DNA of 64,000 bases, from NCBI GenBank assembly GCA_002441245.1, contig DJVP01000005.1, positions 2,303 to 66,302 of the forward strand. Direction: 5' to 3'. Shown here piece by piece: positions 30,694 through 39,233 of the stretch. Positions within the stretch are counted from its first letter, which is position 1; each line of letters starts with the position of its first letter. A program made the translations under genes and the position numbers. Under the pieces are notes generated by a model, which did no database searches, was not told the DNA's origin, and saw only the letters and a program-made list of their open reading frames with translations. Origin of the DNA: Candidatus Omnitrophica bacterium UBA6253 (GTDB lineage Bacteria > Omnitrophota > Gorgyraeia > Gygaellales > Profunditerraquicolaceae).

Positions 30694-31455
30694 ATGGAAA
30701 CTGTTATTGAAGTAAAAAACCTTGATTTGGTTTATGGCGATTTTTTAGTGATGCGCGGGCTTAATTTTAACGTAAAGAAGGGCGAGATTTTTGTTATTAT
30801 GGGTGGTAGCGGATGCGGTAAAAGTACCCTGCTTAAAACCATGATTGGACTTAACCCTCCGCAAAAAGGAAAAATTTTGTATAGCGGGTTAAGCTTTTGG
30901 GATGAGGATGAGCAGGCGCGGCAGGATATTATGCGTCGTTTCGGAGTACTTTATCAGGGGGGCGCTCTTTGGAGTTCGTTGACACTGGGGGAGAATGTCG
31001 CACTTCCTTTGCAATTATATTCCAGCTTATCGGCCCTACAGATTCAAGATGTAGTTTTACTTAAACTTGGGTTGGTAGGGTTGGGCGGTTACGCTGATTT
31101 TTATCCTGCAGAATTAAGCGGCGGAATGAGAAAAAGAGCGGGCCTGGCACGGGCAATCGCTTTAGATCCTGATGTTATCTTTTTTGATGAGCCTTCGGCA
31201 GGGCTTGACCCTTTAAGCGCAAAGATGCTGGATGACTTAATCCTTGAATTAAGGGATGATTTAGGGGCGACGATCGTAGTGGTAACGCATGAGCTTGCCA
31301 GCATTTTTACTGTGGGAGATAATGCTATGCTTTTGGATGCCGATACCAAGACTGCGATTGCGCAAGGGGCGCCTAAAGATTTATTAGCTAATTCTAAAGA
31401 CCCTCGGGTTGTTAAATTCCTGACGCGGGGAGAAAAGCAAGGAGCCGGAAAATGA
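30694..31455 (+). CDS. ABC transporter ATP-binding protein (MlaF-like)
   Basis: Walker A is GGSGCGKST, the signature motif is LSGGMRKRAGLARAIA, and Walker B is VIFFDEPSAGLD. Confidence 0.9.
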   Translation: METVIEVKNLDLVYGDFLVMRGLNFNVKKGEIFVIMGGSGCGKSTLLKTMIGLNPPQKGKILYSGLSFWDEDEQARQDIMRRFGVLYQGGALWSSLTLGENVALPLQLYSSLSALQIQDVVLLKLGLVGLGGYADFYPAELSGGMRKRAGLARAIALDPDVIFFDEPSAGLDPLSAKMLDDLILELRDDLGATIVVVTHELASIFTVGDNAMLLDADTKTAIAQGAPKDLLANSKDPRVVKFLTRGEKQGAGK

Positions 31456-32153
31456 GAAAAGCCAATAAAACATTGATTGGTGCATTTGTAGTGGGAGCGG
31501 TTGTGTTATTAATCATAGCCGTAATAGTTTTTGGATCTGGCATGCTTTTTAAGCAATCAGATAAGTACGTTTTATTTTTTGACGGCTCGGTAAAGGGGCT
31601 TTCGGAGGGGGCGTCAGTGATCTTCCGGGGGGTTAAAATTGGGAATGTCAATAATATCAGACTATTGTATGATGAGAAAGAGAAAAGCGTGCTGATACCT
31701 GTAATTATTGATGTAGAATTATCTCGGGTCAAGGGGGTGCCTGATAAGCTCGGTTATCCCGATTACAAGAAGTTGATTGAAGAAGGGTTGCAGGCCAAGC
31801 TTGAAATACAGAATTTTATTACCGGGCAGTTGATTATAGGGCTAGATTTTTATCCGGATAGGCCAGCCAAAACCTATGGGATCATCAAAGAATATCCTGA
31901 ATTGCCCGCGCTTCCGATATCGCCGGATATTTTTGATATAATGAATAAGATCCCGATTGTAAAGATCGCAGATGATCTGGAACAGACAGTTAGCGGTATT
32001 AACAGGCTGGTAAATTCAGAAGGTGTTGCTGAATTAGAGAAAACACTGCGGGAAGTATCCCAGGCTGCCCGTTCAGCACGGCTGTTGACAGAGTATCTTG
32101 AGCAGCATCCCGAAGCATTGTTAAGAGGAAAAACAATATCCAAAGGAGAATAA
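31452..32153 (+). CDS. MCE-domain substrate-binding protein (MlaD-like)
   Basis: N-terminal TM anchor followed by an MCE fold (FDGSVKGLSEGASVIFRGVKIGNVNNI). Confidence 0.8.
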   Translation: MRKANKTLIGAFVVGAVVLLIIAVIVFGSGMLFKQSDKYVLFFDGSVKGLSEGASVIFRGVKIGNVNNIRLLYDEKEKSVLIPVIIDVELSRVKGVPDKLGYPDYKKLIEEGLQAKLEIQNFITGQLIIGLDFYPDRPAKTYGIIKEYPELPALPISPDIFDIMNKIPIVKIADDLEQTVSGINRLVNSEGVAELEKTLREVSQAARSARLLTEYLEQHPEALLRGKTISKGE

Positions 32154-32155
32154 AA

Positions 32156-32809
32156 ATGAGAAGATTGAGGTTTTTCTGTTTTAGCGTAACTGCCTGCGGA
32201 TTACTTATGTTTTTTTTAAGCGGATGTATTTCAGCTGGTAGCAGCATCAACCCGCGTTTTTATATGCTTAAACAGTTAGAAGATAATGAAGTTGTGCAGA
32301 AGTTTAACCTCCCCTCTGGCATAATTACCGTAATCGGCCCTGTGGCAATTCCTCAATATCTGGACCGTCCGCAGATGGTTACTCAGGAAGATAAAGGAAT
32401 GATAGATATCGCTCAGTTTGACCGCTGGGGTGAATCTCTTGATGCAGGAATAGCGCGTTTGATTATTGAAGACCTTAATCTTATGCTTCCAGGAGGGACT
32501 TTTGAGGTGTTTCCCTGTAATTTTGCTATCCCGTTGAATTATCAGGTGATAGTAGGAGTCATACAATTGGATTGCAACCTTAAAAAAGAGCTTTCACTTG
32601 TGGCGCAATGGTCGATTATTGACGCAAATACCAGGAAGATGCTCCTTACAAAAAGGTCGGATCTGGTCCAGGCAATTAATCCGCATAATTATCCCGGATT
32701 AGCGAAAGCGCTCAGTAGGGCAGTTTCTTCATTAAGTGCTGAGATAGCCCAAAACTTATCAATATTAGCAAATCAGCCTAAGAAAATCCTGCAAAACGAA
32801 CAATCCTGA
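32156..32809 (+). CDS. ABC-transport auxiliary lipoprotein (PqiC/DUF330-like)
   Basis: Lipobox LSGCIS. About 200-aa domain. The position directly after an MCE gene is typical of PqiC/YmbA-type lipoproteins. Confidence 0.65.
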   Translation: MRRLRFFCFSVTACGLLMFFLSGCISAGSSINPRFYMLKQLEDNEVVQKFNLPSGIITVIGPVAIPQYLDRPQMVTQEDKGMIDIAQFDRWGESLDAGIARLIIEDLNLMLPGGTFEVFPCNFAIPLNYQVIVGVIQLDCNLKKELSLVAQWSIIDANTRKMLLTKRSDLVQAINPHNYPGLAKALSRAVSSLSAEIAQNLSILANQPKKILQNEQS

Positions 32810-33084
32810 CTCCTAGAACCAGTATCCAGGTTTTATTGCCTTACGGCAGCAAAGATTTGTATGTTACAGCAGGCTGCAAGAGTAAGCGGGTCGGCAATTC
32901 TTAACCAAAATGCGAAATGCCGGGTGTAATCTGTGCTATTCTAAAGGCTTAAGGCATCGTGTTTACCGGGCCATATCAAATTCTATCTTAATCCCTATGC
33001 AATAATGAGAATATCTCTTTAATTATCCGGGGGCTTTCTGCAAAATTTATTCTTAATTCACGAAAGATATATGTCTTGAGGTAT

Positions 33085-33102
33085 TAACTGGAAGTGATAT
33101 AA
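33085..33102 (+). promoter_or_regulatory. Promoter -10 region (TATAAT) for the otsA operon leader
   Basis: TATAAT at 33097-33102, with TTGAGG about 17 nt upstream. Confidence 0.4.
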
Positions 33103-33128
33103 TATGTAAGAATAAAGTTAGTAAGTGG

Positions 33129-33213
33129 TCCGGAAGTACTCTAGGGTATTTCTGGAGGGGTTTTTTGATGGTCGGGCCGCCATCTGGTTTAATAATCAGA
33201 TGACGGTTTTGTT
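33129..33213 (+). ncRNA. Structured 5'-UTR cis-regulatory element, copy 2, upstream of sensor-otsA/mscS/otsB/treT operon
   Basis: Hairpin A' is UCCGGAAGUA-CUCUAGGG-UAUUUCUGGA (33129-33156), with compensatory changes relative to copy 1, followed by AGGGG. The identical 20-mer GATGGTCGGGCCGCCATCTG is at 33167-33186. The terminator-like hairpin is CAUCUGGUU-UAAU-AAUCAGAUG plus a U-rich tract (33181-33213). An RBS (GAGGAG) and the ATG at 33233 follow. Confidence 0.6.
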
Positions 33214-33232
33214 CCTTAGAGGAGCTAATTAA

Positions 33233-35470
33233 ATGAAAAGAATTCTTCTGTTTATCTTACCTATATTAATTTTAGTAGCGCTTGGATTTGCTATTTCAGG
33301 TATTATGCAGGCTCGTTTCACAGAAGAAAAGCTTATGGATGATTTGAAAAGAAAAGCCAAGTCTGTGGATGAGAGCCTGGAGTTATCCGCAAGGTATATC
33401 CTTATTAATAACGATTTAAGGCAAGCCAATCGTTTAGTTGATAGCTTCCAGAAGAGAGAAAGGCTGCAGGGGTGTGTTATTTATAATAAGGATGGCCAAA
33501 TACTGGCTATTACTGAGCGGTTCTCTGATTTTAAACAAAGAGAAAGGCCATATCTTAAAGATATCCTATCTACTAAGAATCCGCGGGGATCTCTAGAAAA
33601 ATTTAAAGAATATTCTGTATATAGTTACATTTTGCCTGTTTTAAATGACGATGAGAGCGTGCTGGGGATGGTAGAGGTAATTTATGATACTTCTTATATG
33701 TTTTCTACTTTAACGGAACTATGGAGAAAAATAAGCGTTACCTCTATTGCACTTATTTTACTGATAGTTTTAACTGCCTTATTAATCCAAAGGCAGATTT
33801 TTATTGTTCCTGTGCGCAGGTTAACCCAATGGTTTACGCATTTCCAGAGAGGGGAAACTGATAAATTGCAGCCATTTGAAGAAAAAGGTGAATTCGGAAA
33901 ACTCATTAGTGAAGTAGAGCAGGTTGCCTTAAGCATAAGAGTGGCCCGCCGTACCATGTCTGATGAAGCGCATGTCCGGTTGCAAAAAGAAGAACTTTGG
34001 ACTGAAGCTAAACTTAAAGATCTTATCCATGCAAAGCTGGGAAATAATTCACTATTTGTGGTTTCCAACAGAGAGCCATATATGCATGTTTTCGATGATG
34101 CCCTGGGTAAGGAGATATGTATAAGGCCGGCAAGCGGAGTTGTCACTGCGATACATCCTATACTTTCAGCATGCGGCGGTACATGGATTGCTCATGGCAG
34201 CGGTAATTCCGATAGAAAATTTGTTAATTCTAAAGATAAACTCGGTGTTCCCCCTGAAGATAACCGGTATATCCTTAAGAGAGTATGGCTTAATAAAGAG
34301 GAGGAACAAGGCTATTATTACGGTTTTTCTAATGAAGGTTTATGGCCCTTATGCCATAATACGCACACACGTCCAATTTTTAAAGAATCTGATTGGCGTA
34401 TGTATAAAGAAGTAAATCAGAAGTTTGCGGATAGTGTTTTGAGTGAGTTGCCAGCCAGCAGTCCGTTTATATTTGTACAGGATTACCATTTTACTCTTCT
34501 CCCAAAGATGATAAAAGATAAGCGTCCGGATGCAAAAGTAGCCTTATTCTGGCATATCCCCTGGCCTACTCCCGAAGCCTTTATGATTTGCCCTTATCAA
34601 AATGAAATTCTAGAGGGAATGTTGGGTTGCGATTTGATTGGTTTCCATGTCCAGAATCATTGTAATAATTTTCTTGATACCGCTAATCGCCTGCTTGAGT
34701 CACGCGTAGATACTGAAAGATTCAGCGTTGTGCGTTCGGGAAAAGAAACTTTTATAAGAGCTTTTCCTATAAGCATTAACGCGCATATAGAAGATGGCTC
34801 ATTCAAGGTTGATCCGATAAGGCAGGTGGAAAAGTTGAAAAAAGAGTTTGAACTTAAAAATGAGATTATTGCTGTGGGTGTAGATAGGATTGATTACACT
34901 AAAGGTATAGTTGAGAGAATCTTGGCGATAGACAGGTTTCTAGATAAATATCCTGAATATAAAAAGAAATTTGTTTTTATCCAATTGGCCGCTCCAAGCC
35001 GTACGCATATTAAGCGTTATCACGATTTAATTGGAGAAATTGATGAATTAGTTGAAAAGATTAACTGGAAGCATATAGATGGTAATTGGAAGCCGATAAT
35101 TTATCTCAAAAAGCATTTTTCCCAAGACGATATTCAGCCTTATTATAAACTTGGTGATATTTGTATAGTTAGTTCACTGCATGACGGAATGAATTTAGTG
35201 GCTAAAGAGTATGTTGCGGAGAAGGATGATCTGTCCGGGGCTTTAATCTTAAGTCAATTTACCGGAGCAGCGCGTGAACTTACTGATGCTATCATGGTTA
35301 ATCCATATTCGATTGAAGAGTTTGCCGATAGCATAAGGCTGGCAGTCCAGATGCCTAAGGAGGAGAAGCGGAGGCGTATGGAGAATATGCGCCAGGTGAT
35401 AGCTGAAAACAATATTTACCGTTGGGCAGCAAATATTATTACCGAGTTGGTTGCATTAAAGAAAATATAA
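33233..35470 (+). CDS. otsA: Trehalose-6-phosphate synthase (OtsA, GT20) fused to an N-terminal membrane sensor module (TM - periplasmic domain - TM - HAMP-like)
   Basis: Residues 1-260 contain TM1, an approximately 140-aa extracytoplasmic domain, TM2 and a HAMP-like amphipathic linker. GT20 follows (LFVVSNREPY, WPLCH, FVQDYHFTLLP, WHIPWP, VGVDRIDYTKG). Confidence 0.85.
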   Translation: MKRILLFILPILILVALGFAISGIMQARFTEEKLMDDLKRKAKSVDESLELSARYILINNDLRQANRLVDSFQKRERLQGCVIYNKDGQILAITERFSDFKQRERPYLKDILSTKNPRGSLEKFKEYSVYSYILPVLNDDESVLGMVEVIYDTSYMFSTLTELWRKISVTSIALILLIVLTALLIQRQIFIVPVRRLTQWFTHFQRGETDKLQPFEEKGEFGKLISEVEQVALSIRVARRTMSDEAHVRLQKEELWTEAKLKDLIHAKLGNNSLFVVSNREPYMHVFDDALGKEICIRPASGVVTAIHPILSACGGTWIAHGSGNSDRKFVNSKDKLGVPPEDNRYILKRVWLNKEEEQGYYYGFSNEGLWPLCHNTHTRPIFKESDWRMYKEVNQKFADSVLSELPASSPFIFVQDYHFTLLPKMIKDKRPDAKVALFWHIPWPTPEAFMICPYQNEILEGMLGCDLIGFHVQNHCNNFLDTANRLLESRVDTERFSVVRSGKETFIRAFPISINAHIEDGSFKVDPIRQVEKLKKEFELKNEIIAVGVDRIDYTKGIVERILAIDRFLDKYPEYKKKFVFIQLAAPSRTHIKRYHDLIGEIDELVEKINWKHIDGNWKPIIYLKKHFSQDDIQPYYKLGDICIVSSLHDGMNLVAKEYVAEKDDLSGALILSQFTGAARELTDAIMVNPYSIEEFADSIRLAVQMPKEEKRRRMENMRQVIAENNIYRWAANIITELVALKKI

Positions 35471-35484
35471 CTTATGAGGGGTAA

Positions 35485-36540
35485 ATGGAAGAAAATTTAT
35501 TCTTAAGACTTCCTGATTTAGCTGAAAAGTTTATGCCATTGTTTATTTTTTTGGTAGTTTTATCTATAGGGTTAATTCTTAAGTGGATAATCTTTAATCG
35601 TTTTTTACATTGGGCCAAGAAAGCATCTACGCAACTTGATGATATTATTATGCGAGCAATTAAGGGGCCGTTTATGGTTTTATGCCTGATGTTAAGTTTG
35701 TATTTTGCCCTGCAATTCTCAAAATTACCAGAAAATATTGTGCATGTTATAAGTAAAAGCATACTTATACTGGGGATAATTTCTGTAATGTTAGCATCGG
35801 CGAATTTGCTATCCGGGATGATAAAAACTTATGCCACCAGGGTTGATTCCGCCTTGGCTGTTACCAGCCTTACTCAGAATATTGCCAGGATTTTTGTTTT
35901 TTCAATCGGCACATTAATAATTCTTAACAGCTTGGGCATATCCATAACTCCCATATTAGCAACTTTGGGAGTGGGTGGTTTAGCAGTTGCCTTGGCCCTC
36001 CAGGATACCTTGACAAATCTTTTTGCAGGTTTTCATATCACTATTGTAAAACAGGTAAGGGTCGGTGATTATATTAAATTGGAAACAGGAGAAGAAGGCT
36101 ATGTGGTTGATATTAACTGGCGTTCAACAAAGATCAAGATGTTGGCCAATAATCTTGTTCTCGTACCGAACGATAAATTAAATAAAGCCATTGTTACCAA
36201 TTATTTCTTGCCAGATAAGGAAATGTCAGTTTTGATTGATCTGGGAGTGCATTATAAAAGCGACCTGGAGAAAGTGGAGAGGGTTACTTCTGAGGTGGCC
36301 AAATCCGTTATGACAGAGGTAAACGGCGGGGTTGCCTATTTTGAGCCGTTTATCCGCTATCATACATTTGGGGATTCCGGCATAAAGTTTACAGTTATAT
36401 TAAGGGTTAAGGAATTTGTTGATCAGTATCTGATAAAGCATGAGTTTATTAAAAGGTTGCACAAGCGCTATATCAAAGAAGAGATTGGGATCCCTTATCC
36501 TGTAAGGGCGATAAACTATGAACAGGAGAAAGTAGCTTGA
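35485..36540 (+). CDS. Mechanosensitive ion channel, MscS family (second copy)
   Basis: TM3 pore motif (LATLGVGGLAVALALQDTLTNLFAGFHITIV) and beta-domain (VRVGDYIKLETGEEGYVVDINWRSTKIKMLANNLVLVPNDKL). It lies 14 bp after otsA. Confidence 0.85.
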   Translation: MEENLFLRLPDLAEKFMPLFIFLVVLSIGLILKWIIFNRFLHWAKKASTQLDDIIMRAIKGPFMVLCLMLSLYFALQFSKLPENIVHVISKSILILGIISVMLASANLLSGMIKTYATRVDSALAVTSLTQNIARIFVFSIGTLIILNSLGISITPILATLGVGGLAVALALQDTLTNLFAGFHITIVKQVRVGDYIKLETGEEGYVVDINWRSTKIKMLANNLVLVPNDKLNKAIVTNYFLPDKEMSVLIDLGVHYKSDLEKVERVTSEVAKSVMTEVNGGVAYFEPFIRYHTFGDSGIKFTVILRVKEFVDQYLIKHEFIKRLHKRYIKEEIGIPYPVRAINYEQEKVA

Positions 36541-36546
36541 TATAAA

Positions 36547-37344
36547 ATGCGCCATGTTTTTAATGATCTGGAAAATATAAAAATAAGTTTAGCGGATAAA
36601 TATTTATATTTATTTCTTGATTACGATGGGACGTTAGCTCCTATTGCTGGTACCCCGGATAAAGCGATAATTCCGCAAAGGACAAAAAGGTTACTTGATT
36701 TACTGTCAAAAAAAAATAATTGCAGAATAGCAGTTATTAGTGGCAGGGCCTTGGCTGACATAAAGAAAAGAATTGGTCTTAAAAATGTAATTTATTCAGG
36801 TAATCATGGTTTTCAAATAGACGGTCCGAAGATTAAGCATGGGTTGCCAGTTTCTCCGGCGTATAAAAAGGCATTGTTGCGCATTAAAACCCAGCTTAAG
36901 GAAAAGCTTTCCGGTACAAAAGGAATCTTTATCGAGGATAAAGGATTTTCGTTAGCACTGCATTTCAGGCTTGTTGATAAGGGGGAGCTTTCCTTTGTTA
37001 AAACCATCTTCCGTAAGAGTATTGTTCCATATTTAATAAGAAATAAGATTAAGATTAGGCCTGGCAAGAAAGTTCTTGAAGTAATGCCGCCAGTGGATTG
37101 GGATAAAGGGAAAGTTGTTTTGTGGCTTTTAACAAGGCAGATCCTTGCGTTTAAGAAAAAAAACATTTTTCCTGTTTATATCGGTGACGATGTAACTGAC
37201 GAAGATGCATTCAGGGCGTTAAAGGGGAAAGGTCTGACGATATTTGTTGGCAAACCCGGGAATTCTAAAGCGGATTACTACTTAAAGAATGCAGAAGAAG
37301 TAGTTAAATTCATGCGTTTAATAGGGGATTTAAAACTTAACTGA
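36547..37344 (+). CDS. otsB: Trehalose-6-phosphate phosphatase (OtsB, HAD-IIB)
   Basis: HAD motif I is FLDYDGTLAP. Motif III/IV is GDDVTDEDAF. Size matches OtsB. Confidence 0.85.
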   Translation: MRHVFNDLENIKISLADKYLYLFLDYDGTLAPIAGTPDKAIIPQRTKRLLDLLSKKNNCRIAVISGRALADIKKRIGLKNVIYSGNHGFQIDGPKIKHGLPVSPAYKKALLRIKTQLKEKLSGTKGIFIEDKGFSLALHFRLVDKGELSFVKTIFRKSIVPYLIRNKIKIRPGKKVLEVMPPVDWDKGKVVLWLLTRQILAFKKKNIFPVYIGDDVTDEDAFRALKGKGLTIFVGKPGNSKADYYLKNAEEVVKFMRLIGDLKLN

Positions 37345-37346
37345 TT

Positions 37347-38018
37347 ATGCCGGAATTAATAAAGGCAAAAGAGCCGTTTAGGTTTTGTACAAGATTGCAT
37401 TTATCAGAGCTGACCGGATTACGGGCTACTACTTTAGGCCAGCTTTTAGTCCTTATTAAGGAAGTGCCTGGTTCATGTATCTATCACCATACGCATAGGT
37501 TCTTGCAGCAGCATCAGTATCTTTCTCCTGAGCCTCCTAACGACTTCGCCTACTGGGTAACGGATATCCTTGGAGAAGATGAACTTGGAGAAAGGCTGGT
37601 TAGTATCGATACTATGCAATATTCAACTATCCGTGATCTTCGCGATAAGATTGCTTTGACTATTGAGGATTGTTTACGGGATAGCCCGTTCGCTAAATTG
37701 AAATTTGCCAGATCCGGGGAAGAGTTCCATTTCATGAAGTCGGTCAGTTTTATCCTGCCGACAAACTATTTTGTTTATGATCTGGAGGAATTTGCAAAGG
37801 TTTTAAAGAAAATTACCATTGATTCTATTTATTTCCATATTTTTGAAGCGCGCCTTAGGCTCGAAAAATCAACGAATGACTTTTCATATTGGATAGAAAA
37901 CTCTTTGGGGGATAAGGAATTAGCGGATAAGATTTCCGGTTTTGATCCCTATACCCGTACTTTGGAGGATTTAAGAAATAAGATTATCCAAATAGTAGAA
38001 AGAAGGATAACCGATTAA
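37347..38018 (+). CDS. Hypothetical protein with internal tandem duplication (2 x ~100 aa), trehalose-operon associated
   Basis: Repeat signature is F[RH]F...IY.H...NDF[AS]YW..LG..EL...D....T..DLR.KI. It occurs twice, at residues 11-110 and 118-220. Confidence 0.5.
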   Translation: MPELIKAKEPFRFCTRLHLSELTGLRATTLGQLLVLIKEVPGSCIYHHTHRFLQQHQYLSPEPPNDFAYWVTDILGEDELGERLVSIDTMQYSTIRDLRDKIALTIEDCLRDSPFAKLKFARSGEEFHFMKSVSFILPTNYFVYDLEEFAKVLKKITIDSIYFHIFEARLRLEKSTNDFSYWIENSLGDKELADKISGFDPYTRTLEDLRNKIIQIVERRITD

Positions 38019-39233
38019 ATGGCGAAAATAGAAGAGTATATACCCTTAGTGGGGCAAGCAGTTATCGATGATTTAAGATTGCTTAGCGAACGGTTGAAAG
38101 GTAAGGTGATCCAGCATATAAATTCTACTCCTGTAGGAGGCGGGGTTGCGGAGATATTAAGCCGCATGGTGCCTTTATTAAGGGAATTAGGAGTAGATAC
38201 GAAATGGGATGTAATAAAAGGGGGAGAGCAATTTTTTGGAGTTACAAAGAAATTTCATAATTCCTTGCATGGCAGGGCTGAAGAAATAACTCAAAGGGAT
38301 TTTGAGATATTTATGGAAACGAGCCAGCAGAATATTGAGAGTGTCAATGCTTATGGGGATATAGTTTTTGTCCATGACCCGCAGCCAATAGCCTTGATAA
38401 AAAAGAAAGCTGATAATAAATGGCTTTGGCGTTGCCATATTGATGTAGCCAGTCCTAATGAAAAAGTCTGGGGATTCCTTATGGATTTTATACCTCGTTA
38501 CGATTCAGCAGTATTTTCCGCTCCTGCTTTTTCACGGAGATTACCTATTAGGCAATTCTTAATCCCTCCTTCCATTGATCCGCTAAGCGATAAAAATAAA
38601 GAGTTGCCGCAGGAAACAATAAACTTTGTTTTAAGAAAATACAATATCAAGAAAGATAAGCCTATTGTTATTCAAATCTCCCGCTTTGATCGTTTAAAAG
38701 ACCCTGTAGGCGTAATTGAGGCATATTTGCAAGTAAAGAAATACATTGATTGTCAATTGATTTTGGCTGGCGGATCAGCAGAGGATGATCCCGAGGGATT
38801 TAAGGTTTTAGAGGAAGTTAAGGAAAGAGCCAAGAAAGACCCGGATATCCATATTTTATTATTACCTCAAAATGATATAGAGGTTAATGCATTGCAGAGA
38901 GCTTCAGATGTAATTGTTCAAAAGTCCCTAAAGGAAGGATTCGGCTTAACTGTATCTGAGGCTTTGTGGAAAGCAAAGCCAGTTGTAGCTTCAAATGTTG
39001 GAGGTATTCCCTTGCAAATAAAACATAAATATTCAGGTTTACTCTGCCATTCAATCGAAGGGGCCAGTTTTGCCATAAAACAACTCTTAAGCAGCCCGGC
39101 TTACGCCAGTAAATTGGGGGAAAATGGGCGTGAGCATATAAAAAATAATTTCTTGATTACGCGTCATTTAAGAGATTATATGTTGTTGTTTCTTTCATTG
39201 TATCATCCTGAGGATATCGTTAATCTCTGCTGA
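38019..39233 (+). CDS. treT: Trehalose glycosyltransferring synthase TreT (GT4; NDP-glucose + glucose -> trehalose)
   Basis: Near-colinear with archaeal TreT over the full length: HINSTPVGGGVAEIL, VHDPQPIALI, WLWRCHID, PPSIDPLSDKNKEL, ISRFDRLKDP, AGGSAEDDPEG, LKEGFGLTVSEALWK. Confidence 0.85.
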   Translation: MAKIEEYIPLVGQAVIDDLRLLSERLKGKVIQHINSTPVGGGVAEILSRMVPLLRELGVDTKWDVIKGGEQFFGVTKKFHNSLHGRAEEITQRDFEIFMETSQQNIESVNAYGDIVFVHDPQPIALIKKKADNKWLWRCHIDVASPNEKVWGFLMDFIPRYDSAVFSAPAFSRRLPIRQFLIPPSIDPLSDKNKELPQETINFVLRKYNIKKDKPIVIQISRFDRLKDPVGVIEAYLQVKKYIDCQLILAGGSAEDDPEGFKVLEEVKERAKKDPDIHILLLPQNDIEVNALQRASDVIVQKSLKEGFGLTVSEALWKAKPVVASNVGGIPLQIKHKYSGLLCHSIEGASFAIKQLLSSPAYASKLGENGREHIKNNFLITRHLRDYMLLFLSLYHPEDIVNLC

